DNA of 64,000 bases from Lama glama. Its lineage: Eukaryota. The notes below the pieces were generated by a model, which saw only the letters and a list, made by a program, of their open reading frames with translations, was not told where the DNA came from and ran no database searches. A program made the translations under genes and the position numbers. The stretch lies in the NCBI GenBank assembly GCA_028534125.1, contig CM052818.1, positions 45,076,001-45,140,000 on the forward strand, given 5' to 3'. Positions within the stretch are counted from its first letter, which is position 1; each line of letters opens with the position of its first letter. Below are positions 27,441 to 40,160 of this stretch, piece after piece.

Positions 27441-30400
27441 CAGAGGAGAGAGCGGTCTGATCACCTCCCATGCCCCCGACACTCACCAAGTCACTTATTC
27501 AACTTTTGTTGAGTAAACACCCATAAGAGCTTGACTTCAGGAGTAAAACAGACGCCCGCTGTGCCCTTGGAAAACTCCTGACCTAAATGTGAAGACAGAG
27601 AAGCAAACATGTCCATGCTACCGTGGAGGAAGCTATGAAACGCACCTGGGATGGCAGAGTGGGTAGCAGGTTGGAGTTGGTGCATGAGTCAACGGGAACT
27701 AATCACTAATCCCTCAGAAGATGCTTAGCCAAAGCATTAAATAAATAACTAAAACTTCCCTGGCAAAAAAGAGGAGCAACTGGCAGTCCAAGCAGGAGAA
27801 GCTGCAGACGTAGATGCACATAGAACATGGTGAGTTGGGGAGCAGAGGGCTCTGAGCTCAAGGTCCAAGATGTGAGGGGCGACCAGCCAGCAAGGGGACA
27901 GGTCCTGGGGAGACCTGTTCGCCCATCTTCTGGCAATGGCTGTACAGCTGAGGTGACGGGTAGGGACTTCCGAAGCCTGGAAAGTATCGTGTCCATGGGC
28001 AGTAGCTGGTGGGGGCTGGGTGGGGCTGTGGGATCTAAAAGAAGGTCCCACTGGCCAGTAGCGGAGATGCAGGCTACCTGATCTCCCCAGGAGAGTTTGC
28101 CCAGAGCCACTGAAGGCGAGGGTGCAAGGGGGCTGCGAACAGAGCTCTCTTGCAAAGAGGTTTTCCAGTGAGACTTTGAGCACAGATGGGAGGGGATGAG
28201 AAGTCTGGCAGCTGGACATAAGAGCTCAGTACCTCCCTTCCACTCTGTGGGAGAAGAATGCGTCATGCGGCAGGAATCCTTTTGGAAATTACAGGTGGCA
28301 GGACAGAGGAAAGAAAACCACAGCCTTCTCTGTCCTGCCGGCTTTCAGATATGCCCACAGCAGCTGCTCCCGGGGCAGCAGGCAGAGAGCAACGTAGCCA
28401 TGAGCGGAGCTCCGATCGGCACGTGGGAGACGGGGGCAGAGAGGCGGTGGAAGAGGCGGGACTGCGGGGCGCTGGGGGGCAGGCTGAGGAGCAGGGCTCT
28501 CCTGCCCCCTGAGCGCAGCCTCAGGTCCCACTTGCTCAGGCCTTTTCTCCACTGCCCGCGGCTGCACGGCCTCCAACAGAGTCTGGGTTCCGCGTTCTTC
28601 TGTCGATTGCCGAGCCTCGTCTGCTGCAGCTCAGGATGTCCTGTTTTGGTTACATCACTCCTGCTGTTCAAAACCTTCCCTTATTCAACCTCTGATAATA
28701 AGAGTTGTTAGGAGCTCAAGACCTCTGTCTTAATCTGGGCTCCCCCAGCAGACTCAGAAACACAGGCTCAGATGCAAGTAGCTTATTGGGAAGGTGAAGG
28801 GAGCACTAGTGAGAAAGGAGGAGGAGACAGGACCGGGAGTGGCTGGACCCTAACCCCACTGGGGAAGCCCTCAATGGCAGAGACGTCCAATCGGAGCGCG
28901 AGGGAGCTAGGACATCAGTCCAGGCTGCTCCCACACAGGGCTGGTTCCTGGAAGCTGTGGTCTTCCCTGTGAGTGGTAAATGCATCCCCAAGAGCAGAGA
29001 GAGCCCGAGGCAAAGAGGAGCAAGTGGTGGTAGGGCACTTGGACCCCTCAGCCCTGAAGCCTGCAGGAGACACATGGGCAGGGCACCAAATAGTCTACAT
29101 CCTGCATGCTGTGGGGTGATACTTCTGTTAACACGTCGTCTTGTGCAGCCCCACCTCAGAGCCCCTGCCACTGCTGTTTTCCACCAAGAGCGGGACCCTT
29201 TCCTCTTGACCAGATCCAACACCTCACCCCCTGGAAACCCACTATAATTCCTCCTCTCTTTGAGCTGACATAGTACTTTGTGTAACATTTTCATTTTTGT
29301 CTTGTTATTTAATTGAAAGGCAGACATCAAGGAGCAGGAGAGAGAGTATGGGCTGCCAGTCAACCAGGGTTGGTTAGGAATCCATCCCCTTTTAGCTGTG
29401 CAGTCATTACTCATCCACTTAAAGCCTCAGTTTCCTCAGCTGTGAAATGGGAACAATCTTGCCCGATTTGCATGATTGTTTCAAGGATGACAGGTGGCGT
29501 AAAGTCCCAAGCATTGTGTGGCACGTGGTACCCGCCACACAGGTCCATCCTCACGTGTCCTGTCTGCCTCACTGGGACACTCATGTGGGGCAAGGGCCAT
29601 CTGTTTTGCTCCTTAGACTTCTTTCTCTCCACTCCTAGAGCCTGATAGCGTAGCACTGGGCACTTGCCTTCTGCCCCTGCCACACCCACATAGTCCCCTC
29701 CCCTCCGTTTCTGGAGGCTAAGCTGCTGCGGAAAGCTGTGTGTCCTGATCAGCACTGAATGGCCATCCATCATGATATCAGAAGGACTGCTGGCTTAGTG
29801 TCTAGAACCTTCCTCGTCAGGCAGACCCCAGTGAGCACTGGAGCGGCTCTCTGACAGTAGCCAAGCCCCAGATTTTCTGGGGGATCTGAGATCGTCATGT
29901 ATATGGTGCCCACTGGTGTTGGAGTAACTTCTGAACCTGTCGCCTCCCAGTAAACAGGAATTGTTAAAAGAAGCTACATCTTGAGGGGTGTACACGGATT
30001 CGGTGAGTAATTCATGTAAAGAATTCACAGGAAGCCTGGCACAGAGTGGGCTCTCAGTACACGCTCACTCTGGTGACTGCTACTCTCCTCCCCAACCTCG
30101 TCCTCATCTCCATCACTAGTGTGATTTCACACCCACTCCCTCTGCTGTGCCTTCTTCGCAGGAGTCTTTGAGGATAAAATCTAATAATCAGCATGGGAGC
30201 ATTCTGAAAAGATACATGGAGTTGTGTAAGCACTAGCTAAAAGGCAGAGGTCTGATTCAGTATCCTGCTGTGTGGCCTTGGAAAAGTTACTCCCCCTCTC
30301 TAGGCCTCCATCTCAAAGTCCTCAAACTCTAATACGTGGTGGTTTGGGGGTTTATTTCATTATAAGTCTTGCCCTCTGGGTCGAGCAAGAGACAACTGAT

Positions 30401-30807
30401 AATTCCTGCTGCAATCTGTAGTTAAGTCAGCCACCACTTCAAGCCAGGAAAGGCCCATCGCACAGCCTGAGCTCTCAGCCATGGGCTCCTTGGGAATGTG
30501 CCAGACCTCTGCTGGGATAATTTCCTTTAGGCCCAGTAGGAAGCAGATCCAGCAGGGCAAGCATCACTGCCACCATCCCTCCCACCAGGCCTGGTACCCA
30601 CAGGCCAGCTGTATGTGGCTGCTGGAAGCCCAGCCTCCAGATTTGTTAATAACAGGAAACTGGTTAAGGGCTTGTAAGCAGGGAGACAGCTTTCTGTGGC
30701 TGGTGGGGTTTAGCATTTAAAGAGCATTCAGACAATAAAAAAGATGCCATTTTTGCCTTTTGCATGAGCAATGTTTTTTAATGCTCAAGCTTAGTGGGGG
30801 TGTGAAA

Positions 30808-32595
30808 GTGATACACCACAATAAAAAATTGAAGAATAAAAATCGTATCATCTCAATAGATGCAGAAAAAGCTTTTGACAAAATTCAACATCTATCCCTG
30901 ATAAAAACTCTCCACAATGTAGGTATAGAGAGAAGACACCTCAACGTAATAAAGGCCATATATGATGAGCCCACACCTCACCTCATACTCAACAGTGAAA
31001 AGCTGGAAGCCTTTCCTTTAAGACAAGGATGCCCACTCTGACCATTTTTATTCAGGACAGTATTGAAAGTCTTAGTCACAGCAGTCAGAGGAGAAAAAGA
31101 AAGAAAAATTGGAAAGGAAGACCCCAAACTGTCACTGTTTGCAGATGACATGTTACTACACATAGAAAATCCTTAAGATGCCACCAAAAACTACTAGAGC
31201 TCATCAATGGGTAGAATAAATTTGCAGCATACAAAATTAATATAGAGAAATCTTTTGCATTTCTTTGCATTAACAACAAACTATCATAAAGAAAAATTAA
31301 GAAAACAATCTCATTTACCATTGCATCAGAAAAATAAAATACTTGGGAATAAATCTAAGAAGGTAAAGCACCTACACTTGTAAACTGTAAGACATAGATA
31401 AAAGAAATTGAAAATGACACAAAGAAATGGAAAGATATACCATGTCCATGGATTAGAAGAATTAATATTGCTAAAATGACTATACTACCCAAGGCAATCT
31501 ACAGACTCAATGCAATCCCTATCAAAATAGCAGTAGCATTTTTCACAGAACTAGAATAAATAATTCTAAAATTTCTAGGGAAACAACAAAAGACCTTGAA
31601 TAACCAAAGCAATTCTGAGAAAAAAGATGAGAGCTGGTGGTATCACATGCCCTCACTTCAGACTATACTATGAAGCTACAGCATCAAAACAGTATGGTAC
31701 GGACACCTAGATCAATGGAACAGAATAGAAAGGCCTGTGAATAAACCCACATACTAAGGTCAACTAATTGATGACGAAAGCAAGAATATACAATGGGGAA
31801 AAGACAGTCTCTTCAATTAGTAGTGCTGGGAAAACTGTTTTTTGTTTTGTTTTGGTTTGGTTTTTCTTAGTGGAGGTACTGGGGATTGAACCCAAGACTT
31901 CCTGAATGCTAAGCATGTGCTCTACCACTGAGCTATACCCCACCCCTATGCTGGGAAAACTGGACAGTTACACATAAAAAAATGAAATTAGAACATGTGC
32001 TCACACCATATACAAAAATAAGTCAAAATGGATTAAAGACCTAAATGTGAAACTGGAAACCATAAAACTCCTTGAAGAAAACACAGTCAGAACACTCTTT
32101 GGCATAAATCATAGCAGTAGTGTTTGATCTGTCTCCTAAGGCTAAAGAAACAAAAGCAAAAATAAACAAACGGGAACTAATTAAGCTTAAAAGCTTTTGT
32201 ACAACAAAGGAAACCATCAACAAACTGAAAAAACAACCTACTGAGTGAAAGGAAGTATTTGCAAATGATATAACTGATAAGGGGTTAATATCCAAAATAT
32301 ATGAACAGTTTATACAACTCAATATCAAAAAAAAAACCCAACTGATTAAAAAATGGGCAGAAGACCTGAATAGATATTTTTCTAAAGAAGACATTCAGAT
32401 GGCCAACAGGCACATGAAAAGATGCTCAACATTGCTAATCATTAGGGAAATCAAATGAAAACCACATGAGATATCACCTCACACCTGTCAGAATGGCTAT
32501 CATCAAAAAGAACACAAATAGCAAATGTTGGCAAAGATGTGGAGAAAAGGGAACCCACACTGTACACTGTTCATAGGAATATAAATTGGTACAGA
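30808..32595 (+). mobile_element. L1 ORF2 fragment (RT to C-terminus), decayed, interrupted by a SINE
   Basis: Translates to [21 protein letters not shown] and LFADDM, typical L1 RT motifs; many stops and frameshifts; no 3' UTR. Confidence 0.92.
31838..31948 (-). mobile_element. tRNA-Ala-derived SINE (vic-1-like) inserted in L1
   Basis: Reverse complement reads GGGGTATAGCTCAGTGGTAGAGCACATGCTTAGCA..GGGTTCAATCCCCAGTACCTCC plus an A-rich tail. Perfect 14-bp TSD TGCTGGGAAAACTG at 31824-31837 and 31949-31962. Confidence 0.9.
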
Positions 32596-34384
32596 CGCTA
32601 AGACAGCCTAATAGAAGCTCCCCTCCTTGTGGTTGGGGGAAGGGTGCATTCCCTCCAGTTACCTGAGGATCTCGACCCCTCAGAAGAACAGCAGAACTCA
32701 GTCCTCTACTTTTCAACCTCCGTTCAATCCTCATCTGTGGCCTCGTGTCCATCCCCTTCTCTGGCAAAGGTCCCTGCCAACCCCACCATGACCACCACAA
32801 CAAGTTCTCAAAGTCTTCTTGTAGCTGGTGTCCCTTCTGCCCTTGACATCCTCCCATGACCTCGTACTCCTGGCCCTGCTCACTCCTGGTCCTCCTCGCA
32901 CTCCCTGACTGCTTCTCCTGGTCTCCTTGGCTAGTACCTCTCTCCTTCCAGCCCCTAAACACAGGCATCCCCAAGAAGCTCTTGCTCAGTCTTCCCACTC
33001 TTTCTGGGAATGCCATCCATTTCTGGGGCTCCAATCACCATCCCTGGTCAGCAGGGATGGAATGAGTCCTAGGGGCTGGGAGACAGAGATTTCAGATTAT
33101 CCAAAATCACATGGAAGGAAAACCCAAGCAGCTCTCCATTATCCGCCCTACAGTGGAGTGCCATGGGTGAGGTCAGCAGAGGTCAGAGACTTGTCTGTGC
33201 CCCTGGCAGATCCCTGATAGCCCACCCCTCCTTCACCACTGCCACGCCTTCCTGACCGGTCTCCCTTCCGCCATTTTCACCCCCTTCCAAGCCATTGTCA
33301 CCTTATCTTAAAAATCCTTCTTCTAACCAATAATTTGATCTTGTCATGTTCCTGCTTTAGACTTCCCAGTCACTCCCCGTGGCCCTCAGGATGGAGTTCA
33401 TCCTGGCAGGAGTTCATCCTGGCAGGAGATCCCGGGTCCTTCATGACGTGGTCCCTGCTGATGCAGCCCCTCCCAGACACACACACGGTCCCTCACACTC
33501 CCCGTGCTCAGGCCATCTTCTGCTTGCAGAGCCCTTGCAATTCATCTCAACCAACCCCCATCTGTGATGTGCCCCAACAGTCCCTCCCCAACCCCAGCTA
33601 TTGGTGAGGGTGTGAGCTCACACACCTGGACATGAAGTGTGGTAACCAAGGCAAACCTGGGATCACGTTTAATGGATGAAGAAAATGAGTCTCAAAGAGA
33701 TTGACATACTTGGTGAGCCCCAAGCCTTGAGCCATAGGCTCCAGGATTTAGGACGGTCCAGAGAAGTCCCAGCGGGTTGGTGTTTATTTTTGCAGAAAAT
33801 AGTGGATAGGCTGGTTCCAGTAATTACCATTTCTTCTGCTCTCGGAGGGGCTGCTATCTTTAGCAAAGTAATTACTAATAAGGTTTGCTCAACAGCCAGT
33901 GTAATCGCTAGAGAAAACCATCTTTAAGGACTTATTCTGCCCAATTTGAGGCTTGATGTCACAAGAGATAGTGTTCCGAGAAACTGGTTGTGGGATGTGG
34001 ACGGTCAATGCAGGGCGCCTCCTGGGACGGGCAAGCCTCTCTGTACCTGGAAAGCAGCCATTCCTCCCCGGGGAGCCTGCGTGGCCAGAGAGGGGCTGGC
34101 GGGTGGGCATGAGAGTAGCCAGAGCTGCCACCATCACCTCTAACAGGGCAGCTTTCCTGCCTGTGGGGCCATTTTTGAATTTTCTTTCTCATGAACTCTT
34201 CACCTAATAGCAAGATGGCATCTTGGTTTAAATCCCAAATCTGCCACAAGGCTTAACTTCTTGATGTATAAGATGAGGACCATAACCCATGCCTTTCAGG
34301 GCGTATGAGAACAAATAATCAGTGGATGCAAAGTAGTCAGCCCCATGCCAGGCAAACAGTAGGTGCCCAATAAGTGTTTCCCCC

Positions 34385-34448
34385 TGTTACGGACTGAATA
34401 TTTGCACCCTCCCATTCATAGGCTGAAGCCCTAACCCCAATGTGATGG
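34385..34448 (+). mobile_element. 5' stub of an MLT1A-like LTR
   Basis: tgttacggactgaat..tgaagccctaaccccaatgtgatggt matches the starts of the 52782 and 60762 copies. Confidence 0.65.
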
Positions 34449-34591
34449 TTTTTGTGTTGTTGGGAGGCAGAGGTAATTAGGTTTGTTTATTTATTTTTAA
34501 TTTTTTTTTAATGGAGGTACTGGGGATTAAACCCAAGACCTTGTGCATGCTAAGCACGTGCTCTGCCACTGAGCTATATCCCCTCCCCCCC
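34449..34591 (-). mobile_element. tRNA-Ala-derived SINE (vic-1-like), long-tail type
   Basis: Same tRNA body (ggaggtactggggattaaaccc...ccactgagctatatcccc) plus tail ggtaattaggtttgtttatttatt. Confidence 0.85.
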
Positions 34592-35135
34592 TTATTTTAA
34601 TTTTTAATAACAAGCATATATCATGTTTGTAATAAAAGAAAAGTTTAGCAGAGTCTTTCTGACTGAGCTGAACAGAGGCCTCTCCTAGTGCCCCTGTTTC
34701 TTTGTGCCGAGGGACTTGTCACACTTCCCTGCGCTGGAGAGAGTCACCAGGGTAAGCTGGCACTCCATGCGGCAGCTCAGGAGATGGAGAAAAAAGACAA
34801 TACAAGCAGATGTCCAGAAGGCGATGGTTCCCAGCTGCCTGCGGGCAACCAGCTTTTAATCATTTTTAGTAAAATCTATTCTGCTCTCCTTGGCTCATTA
34901 TTGGGGTTCAGGACTGAACACGGGTGGTGCCTTCTGCATCGCTGGTCACAGGCAGTCGGTACAGCCATGGCATGCTTGTCTTGTCTACTGCTCGGAACCG
35001 AACGGAGATGACTTACTTCTTGTGACACGTTCTTATTTCCATCCCCCCAGAATCACTTCCATTGATCTGTTTCTAACAGCTGGTGCAGGTATTCTTTTTT
35101 AGTTACTAATGCAAATAATAAACATGGATTTAAAA

Positions 35136-35635
35136 NNNNNNNNNNNNNNNNNNNNNNNNNNNNNNNNNNNNNNNNNNNNNNNNNNNNNNNNNNNNNNNNN
35201 NNNNNNNNNNNNNNNNNNNNNNNNNNNNNNNNNNNNNNNNNNNNNNNNNNNNNNNNNNNNNNNNNNNNNNNNNNNNNNNNNNNNNNNNNNNNNNNNNNNN
35301 NNNNNNNNNNNNNNNNNNNNNNNNNNNNNNNNNNNNNNNNNNNNNNNNNNNNNNNNNNNNNNNNNNNNNNNNNNNNNNNNNNNNNNNNNNNNNNNNNNNN
35401 NNNNNNNNNNNNNNNNNNNNNNNNNNNNNNNNNNNNNNNNNNNNNNNNNNNNNNNNNNNNNNNNNNNNNNNNNNNNNNNNNNNNNNNNNNNNNNNNNNNN
35501 NNNNNNNNNNNNNNNNNNNNNNNNNNNNNNNNNNNNNNNNNNNNNNNNNNNNNNNNNNNNNNNNNNNNNNNNNNNNNNNNNNNNNNNNNNNNNNNNNNNN
35601 NNNNNNNNNNNNNNNNNNNNNNNNNNNNNNNNNNN
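35136..35635. other. Assembly gap (500 N)
   Basis: Run of exactly 500 N. Confidence 0.99.
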
Positions 35636-37668
35636 TTTTTTTTTCATTTGGGATGGAGTGCCCCCCACCCCACATGATGTTTGTCTCCTGCCTCCTCAAA
35701 GGCAGGCCTCTGGCCTCATTCATCTCAAAACCCCTAGACCAGGGCAGGGCTACCCAAGGTGTGCTAGAATCTCATGAAAGACCATTACTCGTGGGTGATC
35801 CAGCAGAGAGTGAGTGATTAAAGTTGGATGTCAAGAAATAATTCCACATGTGTGTCCAAAGGAGCTACAGAACCAAGAAATTTAACAGTCTTCCATCCCA
35901 CTGGAGGAAAGAGACCTGTGTTTTCACACACCCTGAGGGGATTCTGACGCCAGCTCACTTGTGAGAACGCTGCCCTCTGGGGCTCCCTCATGCACGTGGC
36001 CAGAGCACAGCCTCCATCCCCAGCTGCTGAGTTGATGATGCCAGTCCAGGCTGGGGAGGGAGTGCCATGGAGAGTGTAAACCAGGGGGCCAGGGGCCCAG
36101 AGGAAGAGAGACTCAGGGTTTGAAGATGAGATTTGGGCTGATTCCTGAAGGATGTGAATAAGGAGCTTGTGGACGTGGGAGAGGAAACAGGATGGAGACA
36201 GGGGTCAGAGCAGGACCGGTCGGAGGGCCAAGAGAAAGGGCAGAGCTTTTCCCTGTGGGTAACGGGAGACAGGTACTTTTTGTGCTCTGACAGCGCCTTT
36301 GCATTTCAGCCGTTTCTGGGACAGGACTCCCCCAAGACCCTGCGCTGAGTCTCTGTTGTTTGCTCTGCTGGAGCCTTTGGAAGGAAGAGTTGGATGTCCA
36401 AGTGCAAAGGCACCTTACCTGTGGACTTGCCTCTGCCAGGATCTGGTTTCACAGGCTGGACGCAAATCCCCAGGCCATGGAGCTAAGAGGAGGCACACCC
36501 AGGCCAAAGGGGGTTCCGCAGTCCAGAGTCATGGAGAGGGGGTGGGGCTCCGCTGCTGTGAGAGAAGGTTGGGGGGGAGTGAGTGGTGAAAGGGGTGGAG
36601 CCTACCAGTCAAGCCCCTCCTACTCCCCTAGCACCCCTCCCCCTTGTCACACGGACCACCCCTCAGTGTCGGGGTCCCTCTTTGTGGCTTTCATTATGAC
36701 GGTATCTTGGCATGCGGGACCCCACACCTGCGAAGACCCCGCCAACCCTGCAATTACAAGGTCGTCTCTCAGTTTCTGATTCCGCCCCCTCCGTAGCAGT
36801 GATCTGCGTTCCAGCCTCCAATTCGGCCTCATTCATTCCATAGCTGCTGCTGAGCGCGGATGCTGGGCCACGCGGCCCACGACATGTGATCTGAGACATG
36901 CACGCCACCCACCTCCCCGCCCCTAAAATTCCTCTCCTGACGTCCGGTCATCTATAGAAAGAATGATCAACAAGGGTCCAGACACTGGGATAAAAGAAAA
37001 ACAAAAACTCGGACGATGAAAAGGTCTCCCCCAGCCCTGCCAGTCAGTGCCCATGAGGCTGGAGGGCGGAAGTGTATCCGGCATGTTGATCGTCCTTGGC
37101 CCAAACAGGTTGCCGGGGAGCGGAGGAGGCCCGGAAAGGATGGCAGCCTTGGCTGATGTGGCTATATTAAGATCAGTTACACTGTGCAACAAACATTTGA
37201 ATCATTCTCAGAACCCTAACTGCTTGGATTTGAATATGCATGAGAAGCTGCCCAGAAATGACTAAAATACATACCTACATATATTTAGTCAAAAAGACAA
37301 ACAGCTCTGGGGTGAAGAATAACAAAAGGCAATTTTCCACTCTGGTGAAGGGGTGTGGGAAGAGGACAGGCCTTGCAGGGAGTAATTGATGAAGACCCAT
37401 TCACAGCCAGCTGCACAGATCCCGGGGCCACATGAGCCCTTTCATCCTCACCACAAGCCTGCAAGGTAAGGAGCGTTTTCCCCATTTACAGATGGAGAAG
37501 CTGAGGCTTTAGGAGTTAAGCTCATACCACTGTTCTCCAGGCAGAGTTTGAGCTGGTGTCTCTGGGCCCAAAGCCCTACCCTTTCCATGCAGACTCTGTC
37601 TCACACACTGAAAAGATCCCACTCTGACACACTGTGGTTCTTTAGTTCAGGCTCTACAAAAACAATGC

Positions 37669-37779
37669 TTTTTAAAATTAATTAATTCAATTTTGTAAAA
37701 TGGAGGTACTGGGGATTGAACCCATGACCTCAAGTATGCTAAGTGTAGGCTCTACCACTGAGCTATGCCCCCACCCCCA
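37669..37779 (-). mobile_element. tRNA-Ala-derived SINE (vic-1-like)
   Basis: ggaggtactggggattgaaccc...ctctaccactgagctatgcccc with a T/AT-rich tail. Confidence 0.85.
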
Positions 37780-37929
37780 GCAATGATGACCTCTGCTTCC
37801 TGAACTTCTGCACAAAAGGACAGAGTCAGATGGGGTTGTGAGCAGATATCGAAGAGGAGCAATGAGGAAAGAAAGATTTCTTGGAAATTCAGTGATAATT
37901 TCAAAAAATTCAGACAATTCGAAAAGTTC

Positions 37930-40160
37930 TAATTAAAATCTAATTTAAAAATTAGTGAAATGGGCGTAGCTGAAATCAATAATACAGATCATAAAGCCAA
38001 GGAAATCATCAAACATAGGGCAGGAAGGCAAGAGAAAATAAAACACATGTGCACAAAGCAAAGTTACTCTTAATACACATGTAGAATTGGCCCTCAATTT
38101 CTAAGTAAGAGTCCTCGGAGGGAAAAAAACCAGAGGTGCAGAAGAGAAAATAAAGCGGTAAGAGAGGCAAATTTTTCTGGGCTAAAGAAAAGACGTGAGC
38201 ATGACTGAAACATCATGCTGCCCACCAGAAGTTGACACAACACTGTAAACTGACTATTCTTCAATTAAAAAAAAACTGAAAAAATTTTTGAAAAATAAAA
38301 TTAAAAAAAAAGAAAAAAACTTGAGTCTCAAAGTGAAAAGTCACGGCCAAGTGTTGAATGAGAAAAGCTTAAAAAGAGGCACGTTTTCTAGGAGAAATTT
38401 CATGTCTTCAAAGATGTAGAGAAATCCTAAAAGGCTCCTAAAAGAGTGAAAAAAATCAAATGACCCATAAAGGAAACTAATTTCAGGCAAATTGTCCAGT
38501 CCAACTCCCAGTCCCCGGCAAGGGCAAAATAAGGACATGCTCAACCACACACAGGCTTAGAAAGTTTATCATCCGTAGACCTATCCTGAAAGACACACCC
38601 AAGGACATACCTCCAGCAAAACAAAAACAGAATCCAAGAAAGAGGATGACATAGTAGCCAAGAAACTAAAAAACTGTACACCAAATCCAGGAATGTAATA
38701 TAAAAAAGGTCACAAGATGACAACTGTGACATGGACCTCAAGGGCAAATGAAGCAAATTCAATCAGAAAATTTGAAGACTCTGAAAAGAATGTCTCCAAG
38801 AGGAAAAACACATTCATCTTTATCAACTACTTGTAGGGAAAAAGTGGATAATCCTAGTGACAATGAGGAGGCAAACCGAAACATGAAATATTAAAAAATT
38901 ATGCACTGCCCCTTCACCTAGTGGCCTCAGATTCATCTCCTTCCCCGCATCTGTGATGAAAAGTGGTTACATAATCATAATATTAAAAATACTGGTTATT
39001 GGTTTAAATTTGTTTAGAATCAGCTGACTGTCAAAACACAGAAGTAATTATAGTCACAGAACAGGGTGTATGTGTTTTCACGGCAAGGCAGAAATCAGAG
39101 GCCTGGGGGCCAGAGAGAGGGCAGTAAAGGGGGGAGGGAAGGCAGAGGGAACCACTTTCTAGAGGTCCTAATCTCACCTTTGTGTGGTCAGCAAGAGATG
39201 CTGACCAGAGCCGATGTGTGAGAAAGAGAGGTTTATGTAGATTATAGAAAGCAATCAGGGTAAGTGCAGTGCTCGCTTTGGCAGCACATGTAGTAAAAAT
39301 CAGAACGGTACACAGTCGATCAGCATGGCCCGCGTGCAAGGATGGCACACAAATTCATGAAGCTCTGTATTTTGTGCCCCTCCCCAGCATCCGCACACCC
39401 TTTGCTGGTTGACCCCCAAACCACCCCCCGCCAAAAAAGAGTAACTATAGAAGAAATATTTTAAACGTGCCTGGCAGAGATTGGGGTTACTGGGAAATGT
39501 TATTGATATAAGTAAGTAAAACGTCTGTTTCCTAAGGAGGGACAGATTCTTTCATGCAGTCCTATGAGGCTGATGTAACCCTGATACCCACATCCGGAAA
39601 GAATGGCAAAAAACAAGAAAACTGTAGGCCAATCTCACTTATGATGTGGAGGCAACAGTCGAATAAAACAGCAAGTGGAATCTGGCCCTGAATTTAGAGA
39701 AAAATGCCTTATGAATACATAGGTTTTAGTCCAAGAATGCAAAAGCATGTTAACATTAGGAAATCATTTAATCTTTACATCCCCACCCTGATACATTAAA
39801 GAAATATAAAATGTCTGAAAGTCTATCATTTCTGTGGATGCTGAAGAGGCATTTAATAAAATGTAAATGTTCGCTCCTGATTTTTAAACATCTTTTTGAA
39901 AGCTAGGAATAGAATGAAATTTTCTTAACTTGATAAAGAACGTCACCCAGAAGCAGACAGCAAACAGACCCGGGAAAAGATGCCTCAATCCACCTGCGCC
40001 AGGGAGCCCAGGCCGCACAGTAAAACAGGACCAAGCCGGGCTTGATGAAAGGCGTGACGGAACAGAACTGTCCTTTGCAGCTAATATGATTTTTTAAAAT
40101 TTATAAATCAATGGGGAACAACTGAAAAATCATTAGAACTAATGAGAGAGTTCAGCCAGG
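37930..40160 (+). mobile_element. Ancient L1M remnants hosting the U6 copy and a short younger L1 tail (about 38200-38318)
   Basis: 39560-39645 resembles ORF2 YEA.TLIP..ENCRPISL; ggatgctgaagaggcatttaataaaat resembles DAEKAF; A-rich throughout. Confidence 0.6.
39269..39373 (+). pseudogene. U6 snRNA processed pseudogene, near full length and diverged
   Basis: GTGCTCGCTTTGGCAGCACATGTAGTAAAAATCAGAACGGTACACAGTCGATCAGCATGGCCC...CAAGGATGGCACACAAATTCATGAAGC..TATTTT is colinear with U6. The ACAGAGA box is mutated to ACACAGT. Confidence 0.9.

Noticed and set aside
31870..31945. Functional tRNA-Ala genes (also at 34513 and 37701)
   Set aside because: Diverged stems, A-rich tails and a TSD indicate SINE retrocopies.
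30760..32595. Active or domesticated reverse transcriptase
   Set aside because: Fragmented by stops, deletions and a SINE; an ordinary dead L1.
35099..35777. ORFs of 189-222 aa
   Set aside because: Artefacts of the 500-N gap.
39269..39373. Functional U6 gene
   Set aside because: ACAGAGA box mutated, many substitutions, and no convincing PSE upstream.
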